Assembly (NCBI GenBank): GCA_017499595.2
Contig: CM039002.1
Location: 3,286,001-3,350,000, forward strand
Source: Psilocybe cubensis
Taxonomy: Eukaryota
DNA length: 64,000 nt
Direction of reading: 5' to 3'
Positions 23,084 through 36,440 of this stretch are shown piece after piece. Positions within the stretch are counted from its first letter, which is position 1, and each line of letters begins with the position of its first letter. The notes under the pieces were generated by a model. The model was not told the origin of the DNA. It made no database searches and was given only the letters and a program-made list of their open reading frames with translations. The translations under genes were made by a program, and so were the position numbers.

Positions 23084-23680
23084 TTACATTCATTAGATAC
23101 TTCCTGATATAGCAGATGTGAATCAAATCAGTCCAAGATAAAAATTAAAGGAATGAGATGAGAATTGCTGGAGTAGTGTAAAAGCAGGCTAACGTATGGT
23201 GATCTCGGGTGATGTTTATGGTGATCTCGGTTTGATGGTTTTTGCCTCGTATAATGCTTAATTGTGACTCTAACGCTATGAATACAGTGTCTAAAGACAG
23301 AGAATCTTTGGGAGAATTGATTTGTCAAAAAATTAGAGCATTAGTGTAGTTACAAAAATGGTGATATTTCGAACACTGCACACAATCCACGTATGTACGT
23401 ACGTCCTCATAATGCACTTTGGATACACCAAAAAATTTTTTTTTTCAGAAACGTCTTCAAACGTATTTTAGATTATTTATGGTATTTTTCAATTCTCTGA
23501 AAGCCGCACGCAATGTTGTGCAAAAGAATTTTCTTTGTGTGAACTACACTTGACCTGCCTCGGTTCATACCTTTTTAGGTAAGTATTTGTTCTAGCCTTG
23601 CCGTTCAAGCCTTGCCTGACTTCAAAACATTGTGATCGCCTCTTTATCAAACACCGTTATACTCTGCCCTACGTGTATTA

Positions 23681-24256
23681 ATGGCACGCCAACGCGCTTC
23701 AAAAGCAATCAAAACTGTAAACCGTGAGATGTATCTCAGACGGAGACATGCTTACTATGAGGCGTACGTAGGTCTCTGTCAACGCAATCAACCTACGCAA
23801 ACTTAACTACACGCAAACTTAACTTTCTTAGCAACTGCAAACGCGAGCAACGGAAATCGCAAGAGCGTTATCAACGGTACGTCCAACGTGCGCATACTAT
23901 GTTACAACCTAACCTCATTCATGACCATCAGTCGCAAGAGTCTGCCTGACAACGAGCTTGCTTTGAGCAGACAGAAGCATCGTGAGGCCCAGGCTAGATA
24001 TCGTGAACGAAACCGTTTCACGTTGAAGGTTAAGGCCAAAATTTACTACAGGTATGTTTTATTTTATTGTCAAAGTCATTAGTATACAAACTATCTACGT
24101 AGGAAAAAACAAAACCCTCCAAACGAAGAAGAGGAGGACCCGGATGAGGAGGAAGAATGGATACGCCTGAGCGCGCTGGCTCATGGCATTACTGAGGAGG
24201 AATGGATCAGTTTGCATGGACGCAACTCTTACCGAGGTGGTTCGCCTGTTCACTGA
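23681..24256 (+). CDS. Small basic helical protein (Arg-rich, bZIP-basic-like) with acidic tail, 4 exons
   Basis: MARQRASK...; KHREAQARYRERNRFTLKVKAK; GT-AG introns link the exons. Confidence 0.55.
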
Positions 24257-24454
24257 TTTGGTTCAGTAAAATTTCATTTTACATTTTTATCAATATCTGA
24301 ATGTTTTTCACGTGCATTGAGCAACAATCACACCCCAAAGAGCCAGCCAATCTCATATGAAATTGAAATAAAAAAAGCTTAGTAAAGTACCAGTGTAAAC
24401 TAAGTTGTGAGATACGTCCCCTACAGCATACCCTTTGCAAAATACACCTTTGCC

Positions 24455-26150
24455 TTACATCATATCTTCATCGTCATCGTCCTGGGGCATTTCTGGTGTT
24501 TCTTCAGAGCCAGGAGGAGCAGAAGTACCTGAGTCGGCTGATGCCATGAGAGAAGATAAGGACGGGTGGGAAGCTCCATGATTGAAGAAATCCGCATCAC
24601 ATGTGAATAACACAGATTGTTCAAGGGTCTGAGAGTTACCGATAGTCGCAGAGTCCTGAGAAGATCCAACCAATGATTGACGCTGACGTCGTGCTGCTGC
24701 AGCTGCAGACAAAATCCGTTGCTGGTGTTGAGTGAGACGCTGAGAATCTGCATCCTGAGAGGCTGAGGACAGGTCATTCCATGACGCAGAGCTACCTTCC
24801 CCCTGACGTGATACCAAGGGTAGGTTGGGCCAAGGAGGAGAGTCAGGGTTACCTCTCCACCGGGTACGATTGTTTGCCGAGTTTGTAGAAGCCCGCGAAG
24901 ACCTGGAACCCGTGGCAGAGCTGGAACCTGCAGCTGATTCAGAGTTTCCAGTAATGGTGGCAGGGGGCAAATCAGAATAAGAGGGTGGGGGGGCGCTAGA
25001 TGGGGAGTTGCGGTCAGGAGACGCTCGTGAATGCCATATGTAGTTCTCAGGATCCTGTGGGTCGCAATACCAATTGCTGCCGTTCATTTTGATTAGCTTC
25101 TCCTTTGGAACTCGAAATCCGGTAGACGAAGCAGGCCGCTTGTTTTTTCCCTTGGAGTTTGAAGTCTGCGATACAGAAGCAGGAGCTTTGCCCTTGGACT
25201 TCGAAGGCGCGGTAGACACAGATGATGTCTTGGAGTTGGACAGTGGGGTAGAAGACGACAGCGACGGCACATTATCTGCAAGTCGGGCCAGACGAACAGC
25301 ACGGCGGGTCAGAGCATCGCCCATGCCAACAGGAATTGGGTTGAACTCACTCCCATATCGGGCATTAGGATCTTCAGGCGCCCGTACGGGTGCAATAGCT
25401 GGTGCGGCGGTTCGACGTACAGCCGTGGGATCACGAGACGTTGATAGTGCTTGGCGCGCAGTAATAGGAGGTGGCGGCACTGGGACAGACACATGTGCAG
25501 GAGGAGGTGGAGCTGGGGACGAGCCAGAGGAAAGACCGGTCGACGTGGATGGCGAAGGGGGAACGATGTATACATCCCCTGCAAGGTATCTCTCCGTGTA
25601 ATAGGCAACGGCTTCACTCCACGAAAAAAATTGGCGGATAGCGTATCCGGGAACATGAAGCAAGAGATTCATATCTATTTGACTAGAAGATCACATCAGT
25701 AGGTTATTTTTTTTTATAAAATTCAACAGCTGCTTACTCTGCACGGTCAAACAGCCCAACAATGTATCCGATAGTCACCACCAGAATTGTGATCGCTGGT
25801 TGAAGCAGCTCCGATGGACGTGGGGCGCGAGACGAAGAGAAATTGACACCAAAAAACGGCAACGCACCGGCGTTGCTGTTATCACGAGGGACCGAAACCA
25901 GGGAGGAAGCCGCGCGGGCAGAAGGAGGCGCAGGCTGTGCCGGTGGTGCTGCAGCTGCACTGGGGGCCGTTGCAGAGGGGTGTATTGCAGACTGTGTGGT
26001 CGGAGTGGGGGCCGACGACGAAGATGGCGTTGCAGAGGGGTGCGCCGCAGATTGTGTAGTTGGAGTAGAGGCCGACAATGAAGAGGGCGTAGCAGCAGCG
26101 GCTGACGCGTTGGGCGGGTCTGAGGTAGGAGGAGGGGAGTCTGACGACAT
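24455..26150 (-). CDS. Low-complexity protein with an RNase H1 N-terminal (hybrid-binding / Cauli_VI)-like domain, 2 exons
   Basis: ILVVTIGYIVGLFD...LLHVPGYAIRQFFSWSEAVAYY resembles the YxVxxG..GxF..W..V.G.....F.S..EA pattern. Ser/Pro/Ala-rich flanks. Confidence 0.55.
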
Positions 26151-26579
26151 TTTTTGTCGGTCGGAATGCTTCACGAAAATCTGCTTTTAAAGTTTCTGTT
26201 AGTGATCAAAAATTAGAAAGATAAAATATATAAAAACATCCGAACTCCAAGCTGGTTTGTCGACGTGCTGACTTGGTTTGACTGTACATAACGTAGTGAA
26301 CACTAGCGCTCTAGGGTATTATTCAAATTGTAAATGTAAACTTGGCATTCATGCCTAATATGATTTCCGACTCACAACTCCAGTGGTTTGGTTTGATTCA
26401 AAGGCATTGCGAATTGCGCTAACAAAATGACCGTGTTAGTAGGCTGTGTTTTCAACCAAAACTTCCTGCCTAGAAGCATAAATTTTGACGTCCAAGTCTC
26501 CCTCATTCTACAAACTGTATGTTCTCAAACAAACATAACATGATTTAAATATTTGTATATGTACTCACTAAGAACTTAG

Positions 26580-28717
26580 ATGCCTAACCCTGGAGCTTTT
26601 AAAGGCGCTCGCAAAGACTTTTTGATGACTCAGAAAGAAGAGTATGCGAAAGCTGTCGAGGCCAACCATGTCGGAGAGACGCTAATGAACATCAACCGGC
26701 GTTTCTTCAAACGATTTCCGTTGACAATGCCTGCGGACTATGAGCCGACGGAGGAATCTCTGCGCGCAGTGGATGATGACGCCCCGGAACCTGATGTGCC
26801 AGAGCCAAACCGCGAAACGATGTCGGAAGAGGAGTTCTCCAAGGTTGTGGCAGAGGTCAAAGCCAGAAACTCTCGGCGAGAAGCAATCTCTGGAGTACGT
26901 GAGCTTATCTGAACACTGATTTGTACCCTACTTACCGCCTAATTTTCTTTAGCAAATAAAGCAATGGTTTGTCTATCAATATAATAAAGAGCACCATCCC
27001 AAGAAGCTCAGCGAGAGCACACTATTGAGCTTACTGCAGAAGCTTGCTGGGAAAGACACATCACGCCCACGCATGAAGTCAGACGTCAACACATGGCGCA
27101 AGTCCCAGCGTAATGCCATCGATGATCGATACGAGGCTGAGGTTGCGCGCGCGCTTGCCAGAGGAGAACCAATGAAAAAATCCAACAAGGCCGCAGATCG
27201 TGATAGGATTGCGAGGGAAATGTTTGCGGAACTGTCAAAAACTGAGCAAGAAGCGTGGCACAGGAAAAGTGAAGAAGACCATGCTGAAGCAATAGCGGCA
27301 TATAAAGCTTCGTGGTCGCCGTCAAAGAGCCCTGCAGATAGACAACGGTGCATGCTTTAATTTCATTGCCGGCGCTTATTTTACTAATGACGTACATTGC
27401 GGCTTTAGAGCAATCAACAGTCTGGTTAAAGTCATGGAACCGATTTTGGACATTGCAAGCGAGACAACTGGCTGGAAGTTAATGCTAGTTGCAGGAGGTC
27501 CAGAGCCTGCAAAAGGTGGCGATTTAAGTGTGATAACGTGAGTTGGCAGCTAGTTTTTTTTGTAGACTGTAAACATTGATATAGGAATCAGGATGCATTC
27601 CGGCGAGACCCCCGGTGACATAAAAATGAATCTCGGTCAGACCGAACGTCATAAGTTTAAAAACTATATGATTCCGTTGTTTGGTACCTTTTTACACAAG
27701 TGTTACAGTACGTGTCTATTCTTCCTCTTTTTATTATGTTTTATTGATACTGGATCAGCTCCGGAAGAATGCAGGTCTCGCGCGCTCCCAAAGGATGATA
27801 TGGATGGGTTGGTACCTGCCGCTGCTTTGCTTCAGAATGAAAATGAAAGCACGTCAGTACACGGTATAGCTTTCAGAGTACCGCCAACCGGAGTCTCGGC
27901 AGAAACAGAAAATCTAAGGGCGCCAGAGGTTCTTCCAGAACATGAGTCTGCAAGCACAAGCACAAGAATCAATGACAATACACGTCAAGATGATGCCGAA
28001 AATCCATTTCCTTTCGATCCTCTGCCAGAATCTCCTCAGGCGTCTCCGTGCGTGTCGCGCGCCGTCTCTCCCGTTTTCATCAGGTCTCCGGCTCGCATTC
28101 CCACTGCATCAAGCTCCGTATCAGTGCTGGATGTTCTGGATGTTATTCGCAATGCCGAGCAACCGTCGAATCAAGCGGGACCAATAGTAATCATGCAGAC
28201 GGTGCCTGTTACTACCTCCGCTGCTGCGCCGCCTGCCACCATACCTCATGCACAATCTCCCTCTCCCTCAGTTGCCCCGACTTCCTTGCAAAGCGGTGCC
28301 CCTTTGCAGGTAGCGCCTGCAGAAAATTCTATTGATACGTCTGAGCCCTCGACCACGTCACCTAACAATCCACCAGTGGCCAAGAAATCTGGGAAGAAGA
28401 AGGCCAAGGGTGCCAAGAAGTCAACGACGTCTGCTCCACCTGTGGAACGGCCGAAGCGCAAGGCTCAACCCCAACCGTCAACAACTCCAGCGCCTCCAAA
28501 AAAGCGAGTTAAACCATCGTAAGTCATACTTCAAGTCCACTGCTGGGATGTTACTCACAATGTAATTAGGTGGCACTACGAAGATGAGCAAGAGAACCCT
28601 ATTGATAAATATGGACGTCGTATTGACGCCCAGGGCAAGGTGATTCCAGACGTGACTGATTCTGCGGCGAGTTTAGGAAATGAGACGGCGGGTGTGGCAA
28701 GCGCAAGTAGTACTTAG
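26580..28717 (+). CDS. Transposon-associated hypothetical protein (MPNPGAF.G.R..FL family, HMG-like central segment), multi-exon
   Basis: MPNPGAFKGARKDFL..RRFFKRFP; IAREMFAELSKTEQEAW; TGWKLMLVAGGPEP..GG.LSVI|MHSGET. Divergent from the previous gene. Confidence 0.65.
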
Positions 28718-29064
28718 TACGATGGACATTAGGCTTGCTTGTAGGTTTTTTTGTATTGCCATGCCTAAAATGCATTTATCTTCATAGTCTGGAGTGCACC
28801 ATTCTGTTACAATAAGAGATAGAATTAATGACTTAAAGCAACACAATAATTAATGTCTTGTTTTAAAAAATCTCTACTAAACATATCCATGTATCTGTGT
28901 ACATTACAGCTACGACAACTACTGAAGAACATTGTAACCAACCTACTGTGTTGCACTGCAAAGTTGAAATGCATACCCGGTTTTCTGAGGCCGGATACCG
29001 AGAGCCTGGAGGAGCCTGGGCATGTGGTGTGATAGGCGAGAGCCGCAAGCCAAATGGAACCATC

Positions 29065-29230
29065 CATCGCGTCTAAAAATACGCCTGCATCAGAGGCAGT
29101 GCCAGGCCCAGACCCGCAAGGGTGAGGGTGGGCAGGGGTGGGCCGAGATTGCGTCTAAAAATATACTTGCATCACTGATGAGTGATCATCAGGAGGCTGT
29201 GCGCGGTCCAGACCAGCAAGGGCGGTGTGG
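29065..29230. repeat. Degenerate GC-rich repeats, possibly subterminal repeats of a DNA transposon
   Basis: GCGTCTAAAAATA and CCAGACC(C/A)GCAAGGG each occur twice. Confidence 0.4.
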
Positions 29231-31600
29231 CACACGGCTACTGCACCCGCGAACATCCCAATCGGGAAGGCGCGCATTTAATTCCCCCGCGTCATCCAAA
29301 CCCACCCCGACCAATCCATCCCGCCACCACCCCCGAACCCTGCGCAAACAGCGCCGCCGCATTCTAGGCGCTGCTGGCTACCGACCCGTATTTTTTTCAG
29401 CCCAAACGGCGCCCCCAACGACGAGCAACGCTATTCCGAACGGCCGGCATGCGTATTGACGCATTGTTTGGTGCAGCTGCCCAGCACGTGCTCAGACGCG
29501 GCAAATGCATCAAATGTGGCAACTGGAAACTGCCAGGCTAGATATATACACAGGCGGCCGCTGGACACATTTTTGGATGTGTTTGGCCGATGTATGTCAG
29601 ACACAAATAAACATGTGTCTGCCACCTCCATCCGATATCAGTGGGTGACACAACAGGCCGAAATTCATGTGGCTGCCACATAAGTGCCAAGCACCGTTTG
29701 TGTCAGCCACATTCTAGCAAATACATATTTTTTTGTAGGCTTTTCATATGTATTCACAGTATAATATCATTGTGAAATTTTATTTTTAGTCTTTCATACA
29801 AGATTAGGTTATAATAAAACACCATATATTGAGCATGAAGCTGAAGCTAAATAACTACTAATCTAATGTCTATCCTATAAAGTACTCACTGGGTTATTGC
29901 ATCCACAAATACCCATTCCACAGAGCCAAACTATGGTGTCGACGATGGCGATCGATTCCGGCTATGGCGTTGACAATGTTGTGTTGCGCATCCAACTATC
30001 ACCCATTCTCCAGAGCCAAACTATGGTGTTGACGATGGCTATCGATTCCGGCAATGGTGTTCTTGGACCTTGTCAAACTTCAAAGCACATATTCTTGAAC
30101 CTGTGGTGTTAAAATAAGTAATTTTTGCCATGGATAGCTGTCTAAAAATACTCAGCAATAAGCAGGTTCTTGCACCAGTGCGCGATCTACAAATCAAATG
30201 TCAGTCACCAAAAAAAAACTATGCCCAACCATGCCGCTCAACGCGTTCCCACATATTGGGAATCTGGATCTTTCCAGTGCATGGCTTTTAGTACATGAAA
30301 GGGCTGGATCTCTTAACAATGCACGGCGGAAAACACGGTGCCGCTGTGCGAGATCATGGAGGAAAAGATGAAAGCGATAACTCGTTGCTGTTGATCAAAT
30401 GATCACCGGTGCCAAACACTAGCAAACTGAATATTAGGGGCTACATGTTCTCAACATCAACTTCAGATTTAGTTGTGTTTACACATACATTTCCGCATAA
30501 TTAATAACTATATTGTAGTGGAGTCTAGTGGCTAAAAAGGTCTACCTGTTGAAGGACCACTAAATAATTGAGCAATTGCATTACCAAAATTTAAATGAGG
30601 TTCAGGCAGCCTCGAAGAAGAATTGGAAGGAAAGGACTGTATAGTGGTGGGTTGTGGGTCGGATGTGACATCGCTAGGGCTGGTAAAAGAGCGCTCGGAA
30701 GGGTGGCTTGAGAAATCTAAGCCTTTATTGGTCCTGAGAGAGTCCATCTCCAGACATTCAGCAATAAATCTATTCACAAGCTTAGCATAACTCATTGAGA
30801 ATACAAGAGAAAACTCGGACTGTTTCAACTCAGCTGTATTATCTCCCAGCTCATCGTCAAGCCTCTTGAGCCATTGATCAACTTTGGACCAATAGTCTTC
30901 GCCATCAGCCACCCGACCGCGAGTTTTCCCAGCGGGAATGTTTGTTTTTTGCAATTTACGTTTTTTGGTAGCAGAATGACCCGAATCGCTAGAGTTGTCG
31001 GTGCTTGGTGTTCCAAAATCCTGGTCATTGTTCTCCTCTTCTGAGTTGTTGTCATCCTTCTCAAGTTCAAAGGCCGAAAACGTAGATGAATGGTCCCAGA
31101 AAAACCGCCGCTTTACATTGCCACGTTAGTGAAACTTTTTGAATCAGAAATATTGAAGACACACCAATAACACATGTTTTGAGAGGTAAGCTGTGTTGGA
31201 ATTTGCACCAGACTCTGACGTAGGCAGACGATATTTCACAATGAGGCCCGCCGCAAATTCTTGCACAGAAGTAAACTTTGGGCCTGGAGTTATGCTTTGT
31301 ATGATCTTTAATTTCACACATCAGTACACGGCATATGGTAAACCGGACAACCACACACCTCTTTTTGAAGCGTGTTTCTCTGAATCGTACAAACGGTTTG
31401 TATATGCGCCATCCATTTGGCCTCACGTCCCAGCCGATTCAGGATGTTGTCAAGGTAATTGTCTGCGGGCTTTTTTTTCATCTTTGCCTGCAAATGCATT
31501 TGTTTTAGACCGCCAATTAAAGTGAAAAGAACGCACCTCAACATCGATGTGAAGCGTCTTAAAGGACTGTCTAGAGGGCTTTAGAAGCTCTTTGATACAG

Positions 31601-32228
31601 TGAAGTGAGTTATGGTTGTGTGTGTGCGAAGCTTGCAGACTCCGTCTGCAATGTCCAAGGTTGTAGATAATGTCTGAATGGTGTAGCAAGATGCAAGTTG
31701 GAGTTTTAATTGAGAGAAAATCGAAACAGATCGATCCTTGCCGAGTGCGATTCACTCCGAGACAAGGTGGACGAAATGTGAGGGAAAAAAAAAAATAGCT
31801 CTGTATTCCACTAAAGTCTCGTCTCCCACTACCTAAGTTAATATATAGTAATTTGTTATCTTCGCCAAGCTGTTACTGCTGCGTGCTGAGCCAGACACCA
31901 CCTCCTCCGTGACACTCGTTTCCCTGTTCGTTGCGCCTGTGGGCGCTTTGACAGGGGCTCATCAATGCTTGGCGGTCGTGGTTATTTCCTTATTCGACCC
32001 CCCTTGGCGAGTGTGGCGCACGCACTCGTATGCTGTAGTTTGAAAAGACTTATCTTGCATTTTGTCCCTTATCTTCCCCTGTGTGTGATAAGGTCATCGG
32101 TGCAGCGCTCCTGTATCACGTCGGAAGTCGCATCCGTCGGCACAGCTATGGGCTTTTGCTCTGTCTCGTGACGCCAGGCTTTTGCTATCGCGCGCGCTTT
32201 TGATCGCAGACGGTAGTGGGTTCCCACA
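31601..32228 (-). repeat. Gypsy 3' LTR
   Basis: Matches 38759-39386; I found one mismatch (31945 G vs 39103 A). PPT GGGGAGG on the minus strand at 32229-32235. Confidence 0.97.
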
Positions 32229-32271
32229 CCTCCCCGGTACTATAAATGTTGACCTCTGTGTCAACCTGGAA

Positions 32272-32944
32272 ATGCCCATCCAAACACTCAATTCGGACTT
32301 CAGCACCACTTTCATCATGCTTAGAGTTTTCACCGAAAACAGTATCCACCGAATCAACCTCTTTGCTACCGAACACTGGCACCGAGACACGAGCTTTACG
32401 GTTGCCGCCGGCATGCGCGTCATTACGGAGGGCAGCCATGGACCGCGAGGCGACTTCTTTAATTTTATCCACTTTCTTGATGCCGTGGTAAGCCTAACCA
32501 TTCTGCAAATGTTTCCACGTATATTAACCTATGGTGTGACAGCGCGGCATGGCGAGCAGCCGCCACGCGATGCGGGAGCTTGACTTGATAGTCAGTGTCT
32601 TTGACCGTGACCTCGTCACGTTCCAGAGTGCATTGGAACGAGGATCTGCGGACCGTGTTCCCCAGTGTGCTCAACGCGATGCCATTGCAGCAGTCTACAC
32701 CATTATGAACGGGGAGCAACGCGAGCGGTTTGATATAACCTCGTGGTATATTGAGCAGATCGAGAAGGCTATTTATGGGGAGGACGATTCCATTTACGTT
32801 TCCTCTGACAGTGGAACCGATGACATGCCACTTTTGGAAGGCGAGAACGAGGCCAGGGATGAAGGCGAGCCGGAACAGGATGTCACAGAGGTGATTCCAG
32901 ACAGTGGTTTGCAGTGGGGCATTAGGAGCGGGCGCCGGGTGTAA
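32272..32944 (+). CDS. Antisense spliced ORF (205 aa) inside the gypsy element
   Basis: TATAAAT at 32241. Exon 32272-32487, intron 32488-32542 (GTAAGC...TTAAC...ACAG), exon 32543-32944 in frame. Confidence 0.65.
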
Positions 32945-33073
32945 TAAATAGTTATTTGTTGCTTGTTTTTTGTTTATTTGACAGTTTTTTAATCGGTCGA
33001 TTCTAAGTGACAGTCCTTGAGAGAAAAGAAATTTTTATAGATTAGTAGGGTTGGCTGCAAGGTTGGGACGGTG

Positions 33074-36000
33074 TCAAAATTCGACGTCCAATACATTTCC
33101 GCTGTCGTGAGTATTCTCTTCAACGTTGGCGAGGTCATCGTCAACCATGGATGTAACAGGAACCGACGCTAGGGTCCGTGGGAAATAAGGAATCAGCCTG
33201 AACGCTGCAAAGCGCAAGCGGGATATGGCTCCATCTAGCTCGCTGAGAATATATGAGCCTCCTTGTGTTCGTTTCACTACCAGCATTGGTCCGACATATC
33301 GAGGTTTTGTCTTGTTTTGTAGGCCCTTGTCGAAACGTGAATTTCTGATAAGCACTAGACTTCCTGGTTTAAGGTCAAAATCGGTCCTGTTTTCCATGTG
33401 TTTCTTCTCTAGCTGTTGCACTGCTGCCCAACGCGACTTGAATACCTGTTCCTTGACACGTTGTAAGTCTGCTGGCCGCTTTTGAAGCATTCTAGCTCGA
33501 TGTGCGATAAGGTCTGTTGTCGATACCAAGGACTCCAAAGGCGGTGCTAAATAGGTTGCTTCAGCGAGATCAAAAGGGAATAAAGGCTCGACGCCGTGTG
33601 CGAGGTAGTAGGGTGAATAACCCGTCGACTTTTGTATGGTAACTCTCTCCGCCCAGAACACCGAACTCACCACATCCAGCCACCTTGACTCGTCCCCACC
33701 GCAGGCTTTTATTATTGCTTCTCGTACATCATAATGCCTACGTTCAACCGGGCCTTGTGCACGAGAGTTATAAGGAGATATTCGGATGTGGTGAATATGA
33801 TATCGTTCTGCAAGATGTTTGGCAGCAAGCAGGTACTGGGGGGCATTGTCTGTCACAATCACTTCTATTGCACCCCACCGTGTCAGGATCTGAAGCAGGA
33901 AAGCGGCTATTTCCGTATAGTCGTCGGTTCGAGTGGCCACCCATTCGGGGTATGATATTAACGAGCAACGGGCGTGTATTATGTAGCGGAATCCGCGCAC
34001 TTTTGGCATGAGCATAGTGTCAACATAAACCTTTCTGAAAAGCCCTGCCGGCATTGGCACTGTCGCTGGTATCGAAACTTTCATGGTATTTCGGGTCTGG
34101 CATTCATGACACGTCTTTATGAACCATTTGACGTCCAATTCCAGATCTGGCCACCAGAATCGTTCGAGAAGTCGCATCCGCACTGTATAGATCCCTTTAT
34201 GACCTAAATCATCGTGTGCTTGTTTGAGAAGTTTGTAGCGTAGCTCGGGCGAAATGACAAGTTTGTGTCTGCCATGCCTGTCCTTCCTCCACAGCTGCTT
34301 GTCCAAGATGAAGTAGTTTGATACCAGACGAAGAAATTTGGTATATTCTGCATCAGACATGTTGTCTGGTCGCTTGGGTGCTTCTAGAAACATACGAATG
34401 GCTTCGAGGTCCCGATCGCGCGCTTCGCTTTTGCTGTTACGAGGAATAGCCACATTGACATGTATTGCTGCTACAAGAGCAGATGCATCCACTCGCAATG
34501 CTTTGTTGTTACTGGTGACTTGAGCCGCACGCACAGCCTGGTGGTTCAAGCACTCTATTGCAAAGGAATATGCATTATCTATCCAGTCGTCATGATCTTC
34601 TGCTTCGTCTGGATCGTTGTCTGCTTTGGGTCGCCTCGATAGTCCGTCCGCAGACGCATGGTCTTTGGCAGGGACGTGCCGAAGTTTGAAGTCAAATAGG
34701 AGGATACCCGCGATCCACCGGTTTATGGTTGCGCTCGGTTGGATATCTGGATTGTTGATCATACCTTTTATGTATTTTGCATCGACCTCCACCACTAAGT
34801 TGTGCACGCCGACTATGAACACCCGGTACGCTTTGAGTGCCCGGAAGAGGCCATAGAGCTCAATTTTTGCTTGTGAATATCGCTGCTCGCGTTCGTTCCA
34901 TGTTATGGAGCCAAATCTGCACAGGTATCTTCTCCCATCGTCACCCAGCTGTGATAGAATAAATCCTACCGCGATGCACGACGAGTCTACTGCGAGTATA
35001 ACCTCATTTCCAGATGTGTAGTCGATTGCCCTGATAGCCGGACACGTTCTGGCCAGTATCTTCATCTTCTCCAGTGATGCAAACTGAGTCTCCCCAAACT
35101 CGAAGTCCATGTCCTTTCGGGTGAGCTGTACAAGCGGTTTGGCATGAATAGCAAAATCCTTGATGAACATTCGTATGGTCCCTAGTGTACCCAGGAAGCC
35201 ACGGACGTCCGTAAGGTTTCGTGGAATTGGCCAATCTGTTATTTTCTGAACCCGTGATTCGTCTGGCACGCGACCATTATACGTGCACTTATGTCCAACA
35301 ACAATGGCGCTTTCGACACACAGGAATGACTTCGCCGCTGAGAACGTACCCCCTGCGTGTTTGATTCGTTGGATCACCCGATTTACATTCTGGAGATGCT
35401 CCCATACAAAGCGCCTAATCCCTGGGTTTTCTCTGATCGTTTCAAAGGATCCCTCTTCCAGTTCATATCGCGTTGCCGGCCCTTTCACTGGAATATCGTC
35501 CACAAAGGGCATTGTTATATGGGGAATCTCATCTTGTAGTAGAAATGTTGTGTCGCCGTGTTGGATTTGCATCGAGTTCGTGTACCCCATTGGAATAGAT
35601 GTCAATCGGAAGGTGCCTAAAGGCGTCTGGAATGTTGTCAAATCGCGTGATTCGACTGCCAGAGACCGTTGATCGAACCCTACAAACAGATCAAACACTG
35701 CATAGCAGCCTCGTCCGCCAAAGGCTTCAGCATACTGTTCTACCATGGGCGGAAGTGCGCTATCCTTAATTGAGACCGCATTTAATGGTTGTAAGTCGTG
35801 CACAATTCGTAGAGATTTCCCATCTTTCTTGAGTACACAAAACCAACGCGACCGGTACGATGAATTTGACGGTTCATATATCCCCGACGATATTTTGTTT
35901 TTGATGACCTCTACCACTTGATGGAAGATTCCTGGAGGAATGGGGATGTTACGCAGAACCCATGGGACATGTTCAATGGTGGGTATCACCACTGGGTCGA

Positions 36001-36440
36001 AATACTCGTCACTAAACTTTCCTTTCTCGGATTCATCCCATGCGAACGCGGTTTCGTGTAACAGTATTATGTGGTGCACCAATTTCTCTTCCTCTGGCCA
36101 GAGGAATCCGTCTGGGTTAACTTTCATGGCTTCTTTTCTTTGTAGTGTGTATCGTTGTCCTGGTGTAAATTCGGGCGGTCTGGTCGGAAGAGCAGGCAGA
36201 TCTGCAAGCGGGTCTGACGGAATGCGTCGTACGATGCGAAACTTTTCGGGTAGCGTTGTTGCGACGGGTTTAATTCGATTGGCGACTTTTTTATATGCGA
36301 GCGATGCGTTTTGATTTCGGTTATCAGACGTGTAATAGCGAGAAAAGGAATTGGATTGAGAAATAGAAACATTTGACGTATTTATGATGTGAAGACTCTG
36401 GTCTCCTCGATTTATATTCGATTCATCGACCCCTAAAAAT
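33074..36440 (-). CDS. pol: Gypsy pol (RT, RNase H, integrase), probably reached by -1 frameshift
   Basis: LRIVHDLQPLN, FDLFVGFDQ, PMGYTNS, PFVDDIP; LAVDSS, ELYGL; HHCC finger (AHDDLGH...CHEC); integrase core DTML/TDNA/VERRH. The frame is open upstream of Met 36127 to the slippery site. Confidence 0.93.

Noticed and set aside
28954-29643. CACTG...CAGTG element (CACTGCAAAG at 28954, GATATCAGTG at ~29643)
   Set aside because: Complementarity does not extend beyond the 5 terminal bases, so a TIR pair is not supported.
29890-30420. Small multi-exon gene with a ~60-bp duplicated segment
   Set aside because: Splice-like signals are present, but I could not build a stop-free model or recognise a domain.
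31965-32171. 68-aa ORF duplicated at 39123-39329
   Set aside because: Lies within the LTRs; the duplication reflects LTR identity, with no sign of coding function.
32229-33073. env gene or chromodomain in the gypsy element
   Set aside because: No signal peptide, transmembrane segment or chromodomain motif on the sense strand; the coding signal is antisense.
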